A program made the translations under genes and the position numbers. Positions 46,701 to 59,636 of a stretch of 64,000 nucleotides of DNA are shown here, one piece after another. Within the stretch, counting starts at the first letter, position 1, and each line of letters starts with the position of its first letter. Origin of the DNA: Lingula anatina (Eukaryota; Animalia; Brachiopoda); the NCBI GenBank assembly GCA_051362555.1, contig CM120641.1, positions 7,440,001 through 7,504,000 on the forward strand, given 5' to 3'. The notes beneath the pieces are model-generated. The model was not told the origin of the DNA and searched no databases. It worked only from the letters and a program-made list of their open reading frames with translations.

Positions 46701-48525
46701 AGATTCAATTATTAGGCATGTGAACAGTCTCATTATTTAACTAATAAGATACGTAAAAGTGTTTGTTTGATATTTCCTGCATCTTTACAACATTGTTAAT
46801 TGATTGTGTAAAAATGATGGTAAACTTGTTATCGTGTATTGTGAAATAAAGTGTCAAAAACGGTAATAAACTCATCATTGCAGTTTGTCAGATTCAATCA
46901 TCCACTATGTTCAGAATCTCAGAATGGAGGAAATTGGACATTAAACACTGTTCTATTGATATTTTTCCCATCTCATCAATTTTCTTAGTTGGTCATATAA
47001 AAATGGCAACAAACTGTTTATTTCGTTTTATGTTAAAAAAATGTTAAAAATGGAAATAAACCCATTTCAGAACAGTGCTGTCATGTTTACATTTTGGCAT
47101 TTTTAAGATGTGACTTTGAAGTTTCATGAGCCTGCAGACCTTTGCTAATCACATTTTCTGAATATCCATGATACTAATATTTTATGATTAAAAATTGATG
47201 GTCATTATGCTGTTAAACATTATGTAATATTGCATCAAAATTTGAAGAAACCCCTATTTTGGGCACTGCTCCCATGATGACCATTTAAGAAAAACCATGT
47301 CACTTACTGTTTTCAAACTTACAGGCAAGAAACATAGGGCTAAAATACAGCTTCAGTAGGCAATGCAGTCTGTTTGGTAAATTTTTCTGGCAGTTAAACA
47401 GTTTTTTGTGAAAATTTAATTTTTCACTTATTGGCATTTTCAAGGTGTGACTTTGAAGTTCCATGATTCTGAAGACCTTTGCTTGTCATGTTTTCTGAAA
47501 GTCCATGTTACTAATATTCTATTAAATAAAAATTGATGGTCATATATGCTGTTAAGCATTATGTAATGTTGCTTCAAAATAGAAGAAAACACAATTTTTG
47601 GTGTTGCTGCCATGATGACCATGATGGGAAAACCGTGTTACTTATGACTGTCAAACCTTAAAAAAAGAAACACTGTACTAAAATGCAGCCTGAGTTGGAA
47701 AAGCAGTCTAATTGGCTTCATTTTCTGGAAGTTATACATTTGAGTGAAATATTCATTAACTTTTTGGCATATTCATTGTGGGACTTGGAGCTCCCATGGA
47801 CATGAAGCCGAATGGTAATCAAATTTTCTACATGTCCATGCTATTTGTAATCAATAATCAAAAATTGGTGATAATTATTCTATAATTTATTATGCAATGT
47901 TACATCAAAATTGACAAAAATCTTTTTGCACTGCTACTGCAAACATTATGAAAAGAAAACTGTGTTACTTATTATTATTTTTAACTTATGAGAATGATTT
48001 TTAGGATTGGCATGCAGTTAAAATTAGAAAGCTAGGTCAATTGGGTTATCGTTTATTATTGAATTTATGCAATTTTGTGTGAAATTTTCATTTTTTTATT
48101 CTGGCACTTTCTAAGTATAAACTTGAACTCTGATGGGCCTGAAGCCTTATGCTTTTACTTTGGTCGGTGTTACCTGCTGTGCATAATTAAAATATGATGT
48201 TGACTTTGCAGTAAAACATAATGTATCATTTCATCAGAATTGGTAGTCTCCTATTTTGTGCATTATTGTTTTGTGCTTTTCTTAAGATGTGACTTATGGG
48301 CCTGAAGGGTCTTTGAGAGGGTCAGTCTGTAAATTTTCCTTGGGTATCACTTAGCTAAGCTCTGAGTTATAAAGTAATTTGCCTAATTGATTATTTATAG
48401 GCCATTAAATGAGATTACATAAAGCACACTTGTTGATATCTCCCTGTAAACTCCCAAAGGTTAAGCTCTCTGCTAGATTAATAATAAGGAAGCAGTGATA
48501 ATTATGGAGGTAAATTATGCAGGTA

Positions 48526-48528
<3 letters not shown>

Positions 48529-48566
<38 letters not shown>
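48529..48566. repeat. (TA)n microsatellite
   Basis: Direct reading. Confidence 0.9.
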
Positions 48567-48568
<2 letters not shown>

Positions 48569-48618
48569 CAACAATTGCTGCCTGGGCAGAGGTCTGCACT
48601 CTCGGAGTGCTTTTCTAG
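48566..48618 (+). mobile_element. 3'-end fragment of the 7120-7259 HINE family, next to a (TA)n tract
   Basis: aattgctgcctgggcagaggtctgcactctcggagtgcttttctagtttt is nearly identical to 7214-7263. Confidence 0.7.
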
Positions 48619-48844
48619 TTTTGTTTATTTTCCTTAATAACTTTTTTCTCAAACACTTGCATTTGTGATATTTAACCGCCTGAAGCTCTGCACATTTTCT
48701 GTATTTCCACATAAGCAGTTGTATGTTATTTATGTTTTCAAACATTATGTAATATTATTTAATGCACTGTCATCATTTTTCAAATATTGAGACTTTCATC
48801 ATGTGACTTTGGTCTCTCATGGTCCTGATACTGTAATCTTATTG

Positions 48845-49016
48845 AAGGGATGGGTTGAGACCATCTTCAGGGTCAGCTTCCGGAAGACGTTCAGATTTTT
48901 AAGTTTATATTGACTGATATTTATTTTTTTTTCTTTTGGAAGATCATCAAAATAGAGGATGGATCAACAAAGATACTTTGGAATACTGTCAGAAAATATC
49001 TCTGGGTCAGCTCCTG
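48845..49016 (+). mobile_element. Degenerate copy of the 62319 MITE, nested in the second HINE
   Basis: cttccggaagacgttcagatttt...ggatggatcaacaaaga...ctgtcagaaaatatctctgg aligns with 62347-62475. Confidence 0.65.
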
Positions 49017-51920
49017 TTATTGACCATGTTACCTGTTGTGCATGATTAAAATTCAGTGTTGACTAACAGTGCTATTATAAGCATTATTTATTATTGCATC
49101 AAAATTGGCAAAATGACCTATTTTGCATCTTTATTTTCTGTTTTTTGTCTGTACATTTGACAGCTTTGCTGCCTTGTTTTCGATGATTACTGTGGTTTTT
49201 GCCACATTTGCTGTACCAGTCATATGATAACTAATGGTTTTTATTTTCTTTATAAGATATCAATATTATTTATTTAACATATTGCATGTAATAATCACTG
49301 AAGCATGGATCCCATCCTTCAAAATTTGTCTCATTGAAATTTGACCAGTGCAGCCCCACAGCATAGTTTACAAAGCACTTTGTGTTATAAAACCAGTCCA
49401 TGGTCAAACTGTTGTACTTGATCCCTTTTTTAGTATGGGTCAGTGGACTGCACTTGAGAATAGTGCCAAGTTTATGTGAAATTTATCAATAAATGTCCCT
49501 GAAATGTTAAGTTAATCACAGTTGATTCAAAATGTTAAAAAGTACCAAGGTGAGATAAGGAAATGTATCTTTTGATCTCTTTCTCTCCCCCCCCCCCACC
49601 AATCGCTCTTTTTTGATGTGAAAAAAAAAAGCGTTTGAAAATTTAGGGTGAATAAAAATAAGGAAGCAAACAAGCAAAAGACAAACCATTTTTCCATCTG
49701 GAAACTTACTGAAGATATCTCAGTCCAGCTGATGAAAGTAACCCATTTTACCTGCTCAGCTGTATGCACAGGGATTTGAAACTGGATATGATTGCTTCTT
49801 TTATAGGTAGATCTCAGTAAGGGGTAATTATTTTCAGACCAAATTTGAGGTAGTGTATGGTCTTGGGTGCTAGTTGGATGTATCTTAGTGTAGTTATTAT
49901 TACAGCAGAGAAGTACGAAACTCGTTTGGCCTATCTGCTGAAGTTTTTACTTCATTCAGTTAGAGAAAAAGGTTTTCCAAATCACCAAAAATATTTTTTC
50001 AACTCACTCAATGACAGATCAGTCAATATTCAGGGATAAGATTTACATGTTTCTCATATTCCAAAGGTAAAAGGAAATATTTTAAGCTGTTGGTAAGCTT
50101 TCTTGGCCCATTTCTCATGTTTTACTGATATATTTTCATACTTGAAATGCACAAGCCCCCTTCACTCAGAAAAATTTGGTAATAGAGTGAGGCACAATGA
50201 ATCTACAATCCCTTCAGGAATGTGTGGAAGGTGAAATGGGAGTTTTGATGTTTACATTTGGTTCTTAATGGTGGAAGAGTACTGCTTAAGATTTGTTGAT
50301 TGTTTGTTGTGAGGTTTTATGTTGAAATGATCCTGTTTATGTTCTTTATTGTTCAGGGGGAGATGTGGATAGAGATCAAGGGTCTGTTTCAATATTTTTA
50401 CTATAGAACTAGATGAAAGTAATAGATGTTTTGTAACTTATGTACTGGTAATCATTTTATGAAAGTGGATAAGTTCTTTATACATCTGTATTTGTTTAGC
50501 TAACATTATTTCAAATGAAAAAGTAATGTTTTGTACAATTTTCGCAGGATCTGCAAAATGGACCACATACTTACATTTTTTAAGCTCATTTTTAAGTCTA
50601 AAAACAGAACTATAAAACTGTATATTTTTCATAAATTCACATATTTCTAAGGACAGACAGACATGAAGTAGTATTGAGCTAGCATGGTGAGTTATGGTTA
50701 GGCAATGGTTTGTTTTCCTTTGTGCTTAATCGAAGTAATCCTGGATATCAATCCCCAAATGACAGTGGTGTCAGGTGTCTGTTATATGTAATTGGTTCTT
50801 TACACACATATCTGTTAACAGTTTAACAAGTGTGTGTGTGCTGAAGTGAGAAGAGGGTTTAAGAAATAAATTCAACTTTATGCTTGTCATTGTATAACAT
50901 GAAATTCATGAATATAGTACATGATAGTTTTCATTTTTAAGAGGTAAAATAATTTTGGATTTATTTACAACAGATTGCATTAATTTTATAAATTGGAAAA
51001 TTAAAATTTTTGTCAAAATATGCTCTTCTGATGCCATGGTCTTTTTGAAACAGCCCAACACATACAACCATAATTTACAGTTTTAGTAACTATAGACTTT
51101 ACGGATTTTTGTATCTTTTTCCATTGTGAACAACAACTTTTTATGTAGTAAATGATCAGAATGAACCCCTATTCCTATTTTTCACATAATAATTTGGCAA
51201 ATTCCCTTAAAATGATTTAATATTGAACTGTGTAATATATTTACAACTGAGACCACAACTGCATATACCTGTGCTAACATGTGGTATTTTTAGTGTGTTA
51301 TTTATGACGCTAGTCAGCACTTGGATGCTTTGCGTCAGTGCCTGTAGTGCAGGTACCCATTGAAAGGGTTCACTTTCAATTCAATACTAATTACCCATAG
51401 TCTGAACATTATTCATAACTGTATGGACTCTGTTCTTCAATTTCCTTAGGATTCATGATACAAATAATAAATAGCATATGTTGCAATCAACTGTTAATGT
51501 GGTTAACTGTTTTTGTAAACAAAGTTAATTGTCTTGCAAGGTCAGTTCTTGGGTGGGTGAAAATGGAATAAAGCCAAAGGTATTTACATCAGTTTGAATG
51601 ATTGTTAGCCACAGAGTATATAGTTCTACATGGGTGTGGAATACATGCCCTTTTTCTGTAGCTGTTGAATGTTGATTCCACTGAAAAAAAAGGTAAGGTA
51701 TTTTGTTGTATGCAAGTTTTTGGTTTAAATTGGATGGATCTTTCACTCTTTATAAGTGCAAAGGATTCAAATTGCTTTATTGATATATATACTATACCTT
51801 TAAGTTATAATCATTGGACATAGACAACTACTGTGTTACACAAATTAGTAAGTAACACAATTGCATAAATAAAGTATTTTATGGTAAGTTTGATATTAAC
51901 ACAGCAGGACAATATGCAAA

Positions 51921-51952
<32 letters not shown>

Positions 51953-53019
51953 CATCCAAAGATGGCACAGAAGAACAATGTGCATGTGTGTGGGTGAGTA
52001 AGAGAGACTTAAGACAGGCTGTGGATACTATACTTGAACACATTGTCACAATGTGGTCAATTAAGTTGGTAGTTGGTTTGGTATGTGGATCTGAAATTGT
52101 ACCAGTGCATTGCGTGTACTTTTAACATTTTTCATGCAGTTTTAATGTTAAGTCATTCAATTTAAAAGGAAATACCATCTTGCAAAGTGGCACTAGTGGC
52201 TGTGAGACCTAAGAAGAAAAATTTTAGATGTCACTGTTATATGTCACTTGTGACAAAGCAAAAGATTTACAGTTTGTTTTCATAGACATGAAGCCAAGTT
52301 ATCCTGCCCCTCTTCTTTTTCATCTTTTAAATTCCAAATATACTACACCAGATTGAAGTTTGACAGAACATAGATGCACTTTGGTACTGTAAGATCTACT
52401 GAATTGTAATCAGTCATAATTTGATTGCTTGATAACAACAGATATACTCATACATAATCCACTATATACTTCTTTTTGTTGCATGAATACAATTACTTTG
52501 GCTCAGTGACAGAACAAATGTGTAACAACTTTGATCAATGTGAATGACTTCCTGTGAAGGTAATTTGATGTTGTTACACTGTGTCCTTGCAGTATGGGAC
52601 AGAGTGAAATATGAGCTGTCTACCAGTACCTGGCAAAGTGAATCTGTTAACAAGATAACAAGCTTACCTGAGCAAAGGATATCTGAGAATACTTAGAGTG
52701 ACAATAATGATGTTTTGATACAGGGTTGATGGGTTTATTTGCTTTATCTGATATTTGACTATGTCATCTGGATATCAGACAAACAAGAAAATTAATTTTA
52801 TGGTCTTCACTTTCAGCATTAAAAAAAGGTTTATTGTTGAGTTAATGAAATGGCAGTTATAGGGACATTGGTATCTGTTTTCAAAGTTAATGTGTCATAG
52901 ATAATTCATATAATTCTCACATTATTAAAATGTTTGTGAATGTTGCTATGGAAGAAGAGTGGCATTGTTGTGGTTTCGAAGTTAAGTATCTTAGGCCAAG
53001 GGAATTTTGCCTGGACTTA

Positions 53020-53271
53020 GGCTTCGTTCACATGCAATGTCTATTTTCTATTTTCTATTTTCTATTTTCGGTATGTCTTATGATCACGGTCTGTGCACTG
53101 AATATCCCGCGGCGTAATTACTGGCAGCGTGAGCCAGTTACTATAAGTTACTATAAGTAACTGGCTCGCGCTGCCAGTAATTACGCGGCGGGATATTCAG
53201 TGCACAGACCGTGATCATAAGACATACCGAAAATAGAAAATAGAAAATAGACATTGCATGTGAACGAAGCC
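53020..53271. mobile_element. Near-perfect palindromic MITE with TTA TSD (PIF/Harbinger, Tourist-like)
   Basis: TTA|GGCTTCGTTCACATG ... CATGTGAACGAAGCC|TTA; the arms are complementary almost to the centre. Confidence 0.85.
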
Positions 53272-54140
53272 TTAATGTGATAATCATGTATATACAGGTA
53301 AACTACTATGTAGATAATGCTGGGGTGATGAGACTTCTTGAATAAAATGCAGGTATTATTCTGCATTGTTACTGTCATTAAGTTGTAAACTACCAAAATC
53401 TGTGTGTGCATGCTTTTCCATTCAAAAGTTTCGTATCATTTTTTTTTGTAAGATTTACTTTGATATTAGGAATTTCCTGTAACACAATATATGTTTCAAT
53501 GCGACCTACTATGTGGACATTGTTGTATAAAGTGGATATTTGCATGATTTAATGTTGTTAATACAGTCTTTTCCCTGATAACTTTATCATGGCCCTTCTC
53601 AGAGAAGACTAGTAAACAAAAGTTATCTTCATTGAATTGCAATATTTTTGACAGCCTTGTCTATAACTAACCTTAATTATAATACTGTATGCACCGCAGG
53701 ATTCTTTTGTTGTAAAAATTGTACACCCAAGATACGAGATAAAGACTGAAACAAAAGACAGCATATATTATGGCCCTGAATGTGCATTATCATTAATCAT
53801 CTGTTCTTGGCATATGTACTTAATAGGTGTATTAAAGATTTCACTTTCCTTCGAAACTTGCGCACACTAAGTGGTACGCATTTGTTTTTGGTATTCTTCA
53901 TTATTTGACAGAACGTCAACATTTTTGGTCAGAAAAGCCAAAAATGATGAAATATTTTTAAAAAATGTTTGATCAGTCATAGCAAGAGAAGAAAAATTGA
54001 GTGATATCATAGGTATTTGTATGCTTTTGTTTTCTTTTATTGGTGGTGTTTGAAACAAAATAATGATCTTATATAATTAACTGTATATTAATTTGTTTCT
54101 TTGTGTTTTTTTCAGAAGGTGACTTACACAAAGGAACATA

Positions 54141-57100
54141 ATGTCGTCCAAACTGTTTGGTAAAGATTTGAAGCAGTATGAAGACTTGGATATAGATGAA
54201 CTCCTAGAAAAGTTGACCCCTGAAGAGTTGGAGGAACTCAACAATGATATTGACCCTGATGTAAATATTTTTTGTTTGATGTGTCATTTTTAAAGTAATT
54301 TTAGTGAAGATAATTCTGTACTATACATAATTATAATGAGCTTATTTCACACACACATTTTTGTAGACTATGGATAATGATTCCCTACTAGGCATTTTTG
54401 ATATATAAAAAACTTTAGAAAGACAATTTAATAAAACATTAAAGACAGTAAGACAAGAGACATTTTAGTAATAAAATGAGGTGATCAAAATTGAGGACTC
54501 ATAATATTTGGAAAGAAAAGCCTAGCAGTTTTAGTACTGCAGCTGTTTTTTCCCTCCTTAATACCCTCAAAGGTCATTTAATTTATGACTTATGCACTGC
54601 AGTAGCTTGTAATATTGCACTATTTTTCTTTTAAGAACTAAAAGTGCAGGTGAATCAGTAACTGCTGTACCATTTACGTTTCATGTGTTTGGACTGAGGG
54701 TTGTCTTTTACTGATAAATGTGAGACTACTGACCTCAAAAGTTTTAAAATTGCAGGGGAAAGCTTTATACAAAGGTGTCAGCATTAAGGTTTTTCAAAGC
54801 CTTCTTTCTTATTGATTGTTGTGGGATGTGACTTCAGCTTAAAACCCATGTCTTCTAAATAGCTGCCCCCACTCTCCCAACTTTCTACAGTGCTACAAAA
54901 TTAGTGAGCTTAGACTCTGCAAGTGGTAGTTATTTGATACTTGATATTAAAATTATAGAAATATGTTGCTGTATAGCTTTGCCAAGATGTTTTAATTTGT
55001 TTTCTAGAACTCATTGCTACCTCCATCTCAGCGGTGTAAAGACCAGACTACCAAAGCCCCTACAGGGCCATTCAAGAGGCAGCAACTCTTAGACTTCTTG
55101 GAAAAGAAAGCCAAGGAGGAGAAAGACTGGGAACAGAATAAGCCATATGTGAAAGAAACTAGAGGTAAGTTGTTGTCAAATAATTTTTTCCAAAGTAAAA
55201 TGTATTAAAAGAAATACAAAAACAAAAAATTGATAACATCATCAAGATGATAATGATAAGTGATTGAAGTAGTGGAGATATAGGCATGATCAAATATATG
55301 ACATCTGAAGAAAGGGGATATTTCTCTTGAGAAGAATTGTATGTTATGATAATGTGAGAACTTTGGTACAGAAGCCACTGTAACTTTGAAAAGTCATTAG
55401 GCCTAATGTGCCGGAGGCAGAATGTTTGTGCTTTAGGCAGAATGTTTGTGAACATAAAAGTTAACTTTTATTTTCCTAAGGTAGTTTCTTGATTCGTGCT
55501 GGTGGGGAATGGCCTTTTTGAGTACCAGGTTATCAGTCAAAGTTCGAGGCTTTAAGGAAAAAGAGCATACTTTTCATTGTGACAATGTGTAAAAATACCT
55601 GTGGGTTACATTGTGATCCATAACAAGTGTTTCTGCATTATACCTACAGCAGATTTTTTGCCAAAGTGAAACAGGAAAAAAAAAAGATGTGAAAAGATGT
55701 CATGAGAAATGGTGACATCATATAAAAGTTTGTTAATCTTTATAATGTATTTGGATAGAAAGTAGACAGTGACTAATGCAAAACTGTTTTATATATTGGC
55801 AATAAAATTTAAAAAATAGATATGAAGTTTGGATTACGACTTAACCTTTGAAATATTAGTTGTCAGTTCTGTTAATTTTGGTTTTAGTTGTTAACAAGTT
55901 TTATTTCTAAGGAATATGAATTGCTTTTTTTTCAGGCAAAGTATATGTGCCCAAGGAAGAACCCAAAAAGATAGACCCCAACGATGAAATAGAAACAGAA
56001 TTTGATGATATTCTGCGCAGTGCCACAGAGGAAGAATTAGTTGATTTAGCAGGTAGATTCTTGGTGTTATATTTAACAAGATTTTTTGACATGAAACAAA
56101 TTCAATTTAAGTTAAAATTGGGAAATGTGAAATGTTTCTGAAAAAGATTGCAAAGTCTTTTGGGGCATTTAAAATGTTTGTTTTTTAAAATATAATTTGA
56201 CTTTATATCAAGTTTATTTTACTCTTAGTATTAACAACAACAAAATGGTGATTATAAAATATGAGTGCAGAAGGAAATACACGGACACTGTATGGGCTTA
56301 GTCTTGAATAAAATGGATATAATATCAAGTATATTTAACATTCTGTGCATGATGTACTGTATTTTACACTTGCATTTTACAGCTGTGTTGGGCTTCCACA
56401 GTCTCCTGAACCAGGTACAGTACACAGCATCCATGGAGGACAGGAAAGTAGAGGGTGGCTTTTCAGGTAACTAATAGATACCATATGAAGGGGTGGATCC
56501 AGAGATATTTACTGACAGTCCATCTTTGTTGATCCATCCTCCATTTTTGACTATCAGCCGCAGAAAATTTAGATGCCCATCAATGTAAACTTAAAAATTC
56601 TAACAGTCTTCTGGAAGACCCAAGGTGAATGGGATGGACACACATTCAAGGCAAGAATGGATTTCGCATACTCCTTGTTGATGAGTGTTGCCTCTGGTTG
56701 ATATTATAGCTCATTTTATATATTTGATATGAGCTAAAGCAGGGTCTTTTGTTTTCAATGATATACAAGTGTTGATAAAAGACACTCTTCTCTCAAATAT
56801 GAACATTTTTCATCTAGCAAATCTGAACAAGTCGGATGTTTGGATCACTTCAGTAAATATTTTCACCAAATTAAATATTGATTAAAACAATTAATTAAAA
56901 ATATCCTTTTTAGAGAAAAAAATGCTGAACAGTTTTTAATATCATTGTCATTACTAATACCTCTCATCATTTTCATTTCATTTAACATGAAATAGTATCA
57001 GGAAGCTCATTTAATAGTTATTATCCAGTGAAACAAAGCTTAAACTTCAGGGACATGACCACATTTTTATCAGATTGATGTTCAGCAAATTATTAACCTC

Positions 57101-59636
57101 TAAAACATGGTGATCAAGTTGAATTATGTGGTATCTTCAGTAAGATCATTGAAATCTTTCTATCTTAATTTCTTTTGTGCCCTTGACTGTGTAGAAAAGT
57201 GAGTAATCATGTACACTTTAGGTCAGCAGGAGTTACACATTTGGGAAATTGTGTGCTATCTTCATATCAAATGATATATTGCCTTTTATCTTTCTGGTAT
57301 ATTGCTATGCCAGGTGTCAGCATTAAAAAGGAGATAAAATTGTTTATAATAGTCAAGAACTTTCAAGCTAATTTGATTCATCATGCCATTGTATATGCTG
57401 GCTGGTGATTATTTCCCAGAAATTTGGGTTGAAAAAAAGGATTTTAATTTAAAAACTACTACTCATAAACTGTCATGCCATAAAGTGATGGCACTGCCCT
57501 CTCTTTTGTGACTGTCTTCACAAAAATATTTTCTTGTAAAGATGTAATTATTGAGAGAAATGCAGTCATGTGAATTTCTGCTAAGGCATTAGCTGTTTAG
57601 ACATGCACTTTCCTCATATTTTACATAAATATTTATTTGAAAGTTTTGAAATAGGACTTAAATGGAGAAAAGATAATTGTAATGATGAATTGGTCAGAAC
57701 TGTCAGTGTAGGAGATTCAGACTGCCATTGTGACCATTTAAGTGTGAAAAGTCACAGAAGATTTTCTTTTCTTTGTGGTTTCCAAATGTAATTTAGGATA
57801 AATGCTTTGTCTTCTTTTCTAAAAAAGTTTTTTTATAATATGAACTACTCCTTGAAAGTGAGTCAAATTTGTTGATAGAGAAGTACTTAAACAATCTTTG
57901 GTTTTTTCCTTATAGCAATTATGCTTGATTTCCTTGTTCAATCTATGTTTGAGACACGTTTTGCCATCTTTCTCTTCAAAGGGATGGCCAAAGCACAGTT
58001 GTTGAAGAAGGTTGAAGATGAGCCCCCAAATGACACTGATGTTGACGAAGCACTACAACAAATTAAGAGCAATGATCCGAAGTTGAAAGAGTTGAATTTA
58101 AACAACATAAAGGTACTTTTATCAGAAAATTATTTTGTATTGAAAGCCAATGAAGAGGAAAGACAATTTATATATGTAGTGCAATTTTCATTCGAGTAAA
58201 GTCATATCAGGTTATTTATGTAAAACCTATACATATATAATTTCAGTACCAAACTGATTTTTTCTCCTGTTAAAAAGTGCCATTCATTGTTGTATTTACC
58301 TGGGGTTTACATTAAGAATTGTAGTTAGGTGAGCTAACACAAAAAATTAATTTGAGATTGGTCTTATTTTTCAGAACATCTCCATTGAGAGGCTTTGTGA
58401 ATTTGCTCAGGCTTTGAAAACCAACACAAATCTAGAACACTTTCATATGGCAAACACAGCTGCTTCAGATAAAGTAGGAAGGGTAAGTGGTTTTTGTGCC
58501 TAAATCTTTTTCTTTCAAAAATATTGCACATAGCATTACATTATATATTGAAAACAATACTAGCAAGTCTATCTGAAGTTTGATATTGCCTATGTGTTAT
58601 TTATTTATTTTTATATTTACATTTCAGGAACTAGCAGAAGCAATGAAAGAAAACAAAACACTGAAGACACTGAATATAGAGTCCAATTTTATTTCTGGAC
58701 CAGTAATTGTGGAAATTATTGAGGCAATCAACCAACCCCAGACACTGCTGGAGTTTAGAGTGGAAAACCAGGTAGGCAGTTGGCTTAATACACAATAAGA
58801 GATGTGCTAACTTCAGCCTAACTTCCTAACTTCAGAGTGTTTAGCTTAGCATAGACTACTAAAATAGATAAGATAGTTGACTACATAAGATTGATTTTCT
58901 TTAAGAAAAGATTGACTCAAAGTAAAATGGGAGATTTGTGCTCTCACTTTTGATGAAGCATCATTTTTAATTTAACTGCAGAATTGACATCTTAAAAAGA
59001 AGAAATGCCAGTTTCAGAATGATAACAAAACAAATCAAGCCATTGAGATTAAAGTTTATACAACATAAGAAGCTGGATGGTTGATTTCCACTCGAGATTT
59101 AATACAGTTTATGGCATGTAAAACTTTTTACAATGAATGAAAATATGTTTGCTTTTTTCTACATGATTTTAAGTTTTATATTGTGGGGTTTCTGTAGTAG
59201 AACATTGATTGTATTGTTTTATATTTCTTTCTGTAGAAACCACAAGTCCTAGGGTGTAAGGTAGAAATGGAAGTTGCCAAATTGATAGAGAGCAATGATA
59301 CACTGATAAAGCTGGGAATGACCTTAGAATTTGCCAACGCAAGAATAAGGATCTCAGAAAAAATAGAGAAAAACCTTGATAAATGTGAGTAGCTTCTTTG
59401 AAGCATAAGTAATGTTAATCACAGGCTTTTGATTTAAGAAGTTAAATGCAGTAAAAGTTAAGTTGATGTCACACTTTTTTTATGTAAAATTCTCAGTCAA
59501 CTGGTTGAACTATAGAATTGCTGTTTCTACTTACATTACCCATTTTGATTTTTTCTTGAATTCATATTGTATACTTTTTTATTATTACTATTTTACAGAT
59601 CGTTTGGAGAGGGTTGGTGACAAGGAAAAAAAATAA
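54141..59636 (+). CDS. TMOD: Tropomodulin (actin pointed-end capping protein), 348 aa in 9 coding exons
   Basis: Exons 54141-54260, 55008-55164, 55936-56052, 56383-56466, 57982-58112, 58375-58482, 58628-58771, 59237-59384 and 59599-59636 join in frame with GT-AG sites. Hallmarks: YEDLDIDELLEKLTPEELEEL...DPD, LPPSQRCKDQTTKAPTGPFKRQQLLDFL, ATEEELVDLAAVLG, EPPNDTDV, and the LRR segment LKELNLNNIK...LKTLNIESNFISG. Confidence 0.95.
56488..56625 (-). mobile_element. Degenerate inverted copy of the 62319 MITE in a tropomodulin intron
   Basis: ggggtggatccagagatatttactgacagtc...ctttgttgatccatcctcc...gtcttctggaagaccc is the reverse complement of the MITE. Confidence 0.65.

Larger units (their letters stand above)
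45648..49176 (+). mobile_element. Second-family HINE/Helentron-type element with internal tandem repeats, in tropomodulin intron 1
   Basis: TTTT-ATGTACAGACACA-ga-TGTGTCTGTACAT hairpin, (GCCGTCGTC)n microsatellite and a tandem array. The 3' end has an inverted subTIR TGTCTGTACAT (49146-49156), a short hairpin gacagc-ttt-gctgcc and CTTG-TTTT. Confidence 0.75.

Noticed and set aside
51690-52700. Alternative tropomodulin first exons near GTAAG/GTGAG motifs and a (TG)/(AG) tract
   Set aside because: Donor-like motifs alone are too common to support an exon without transcript data.
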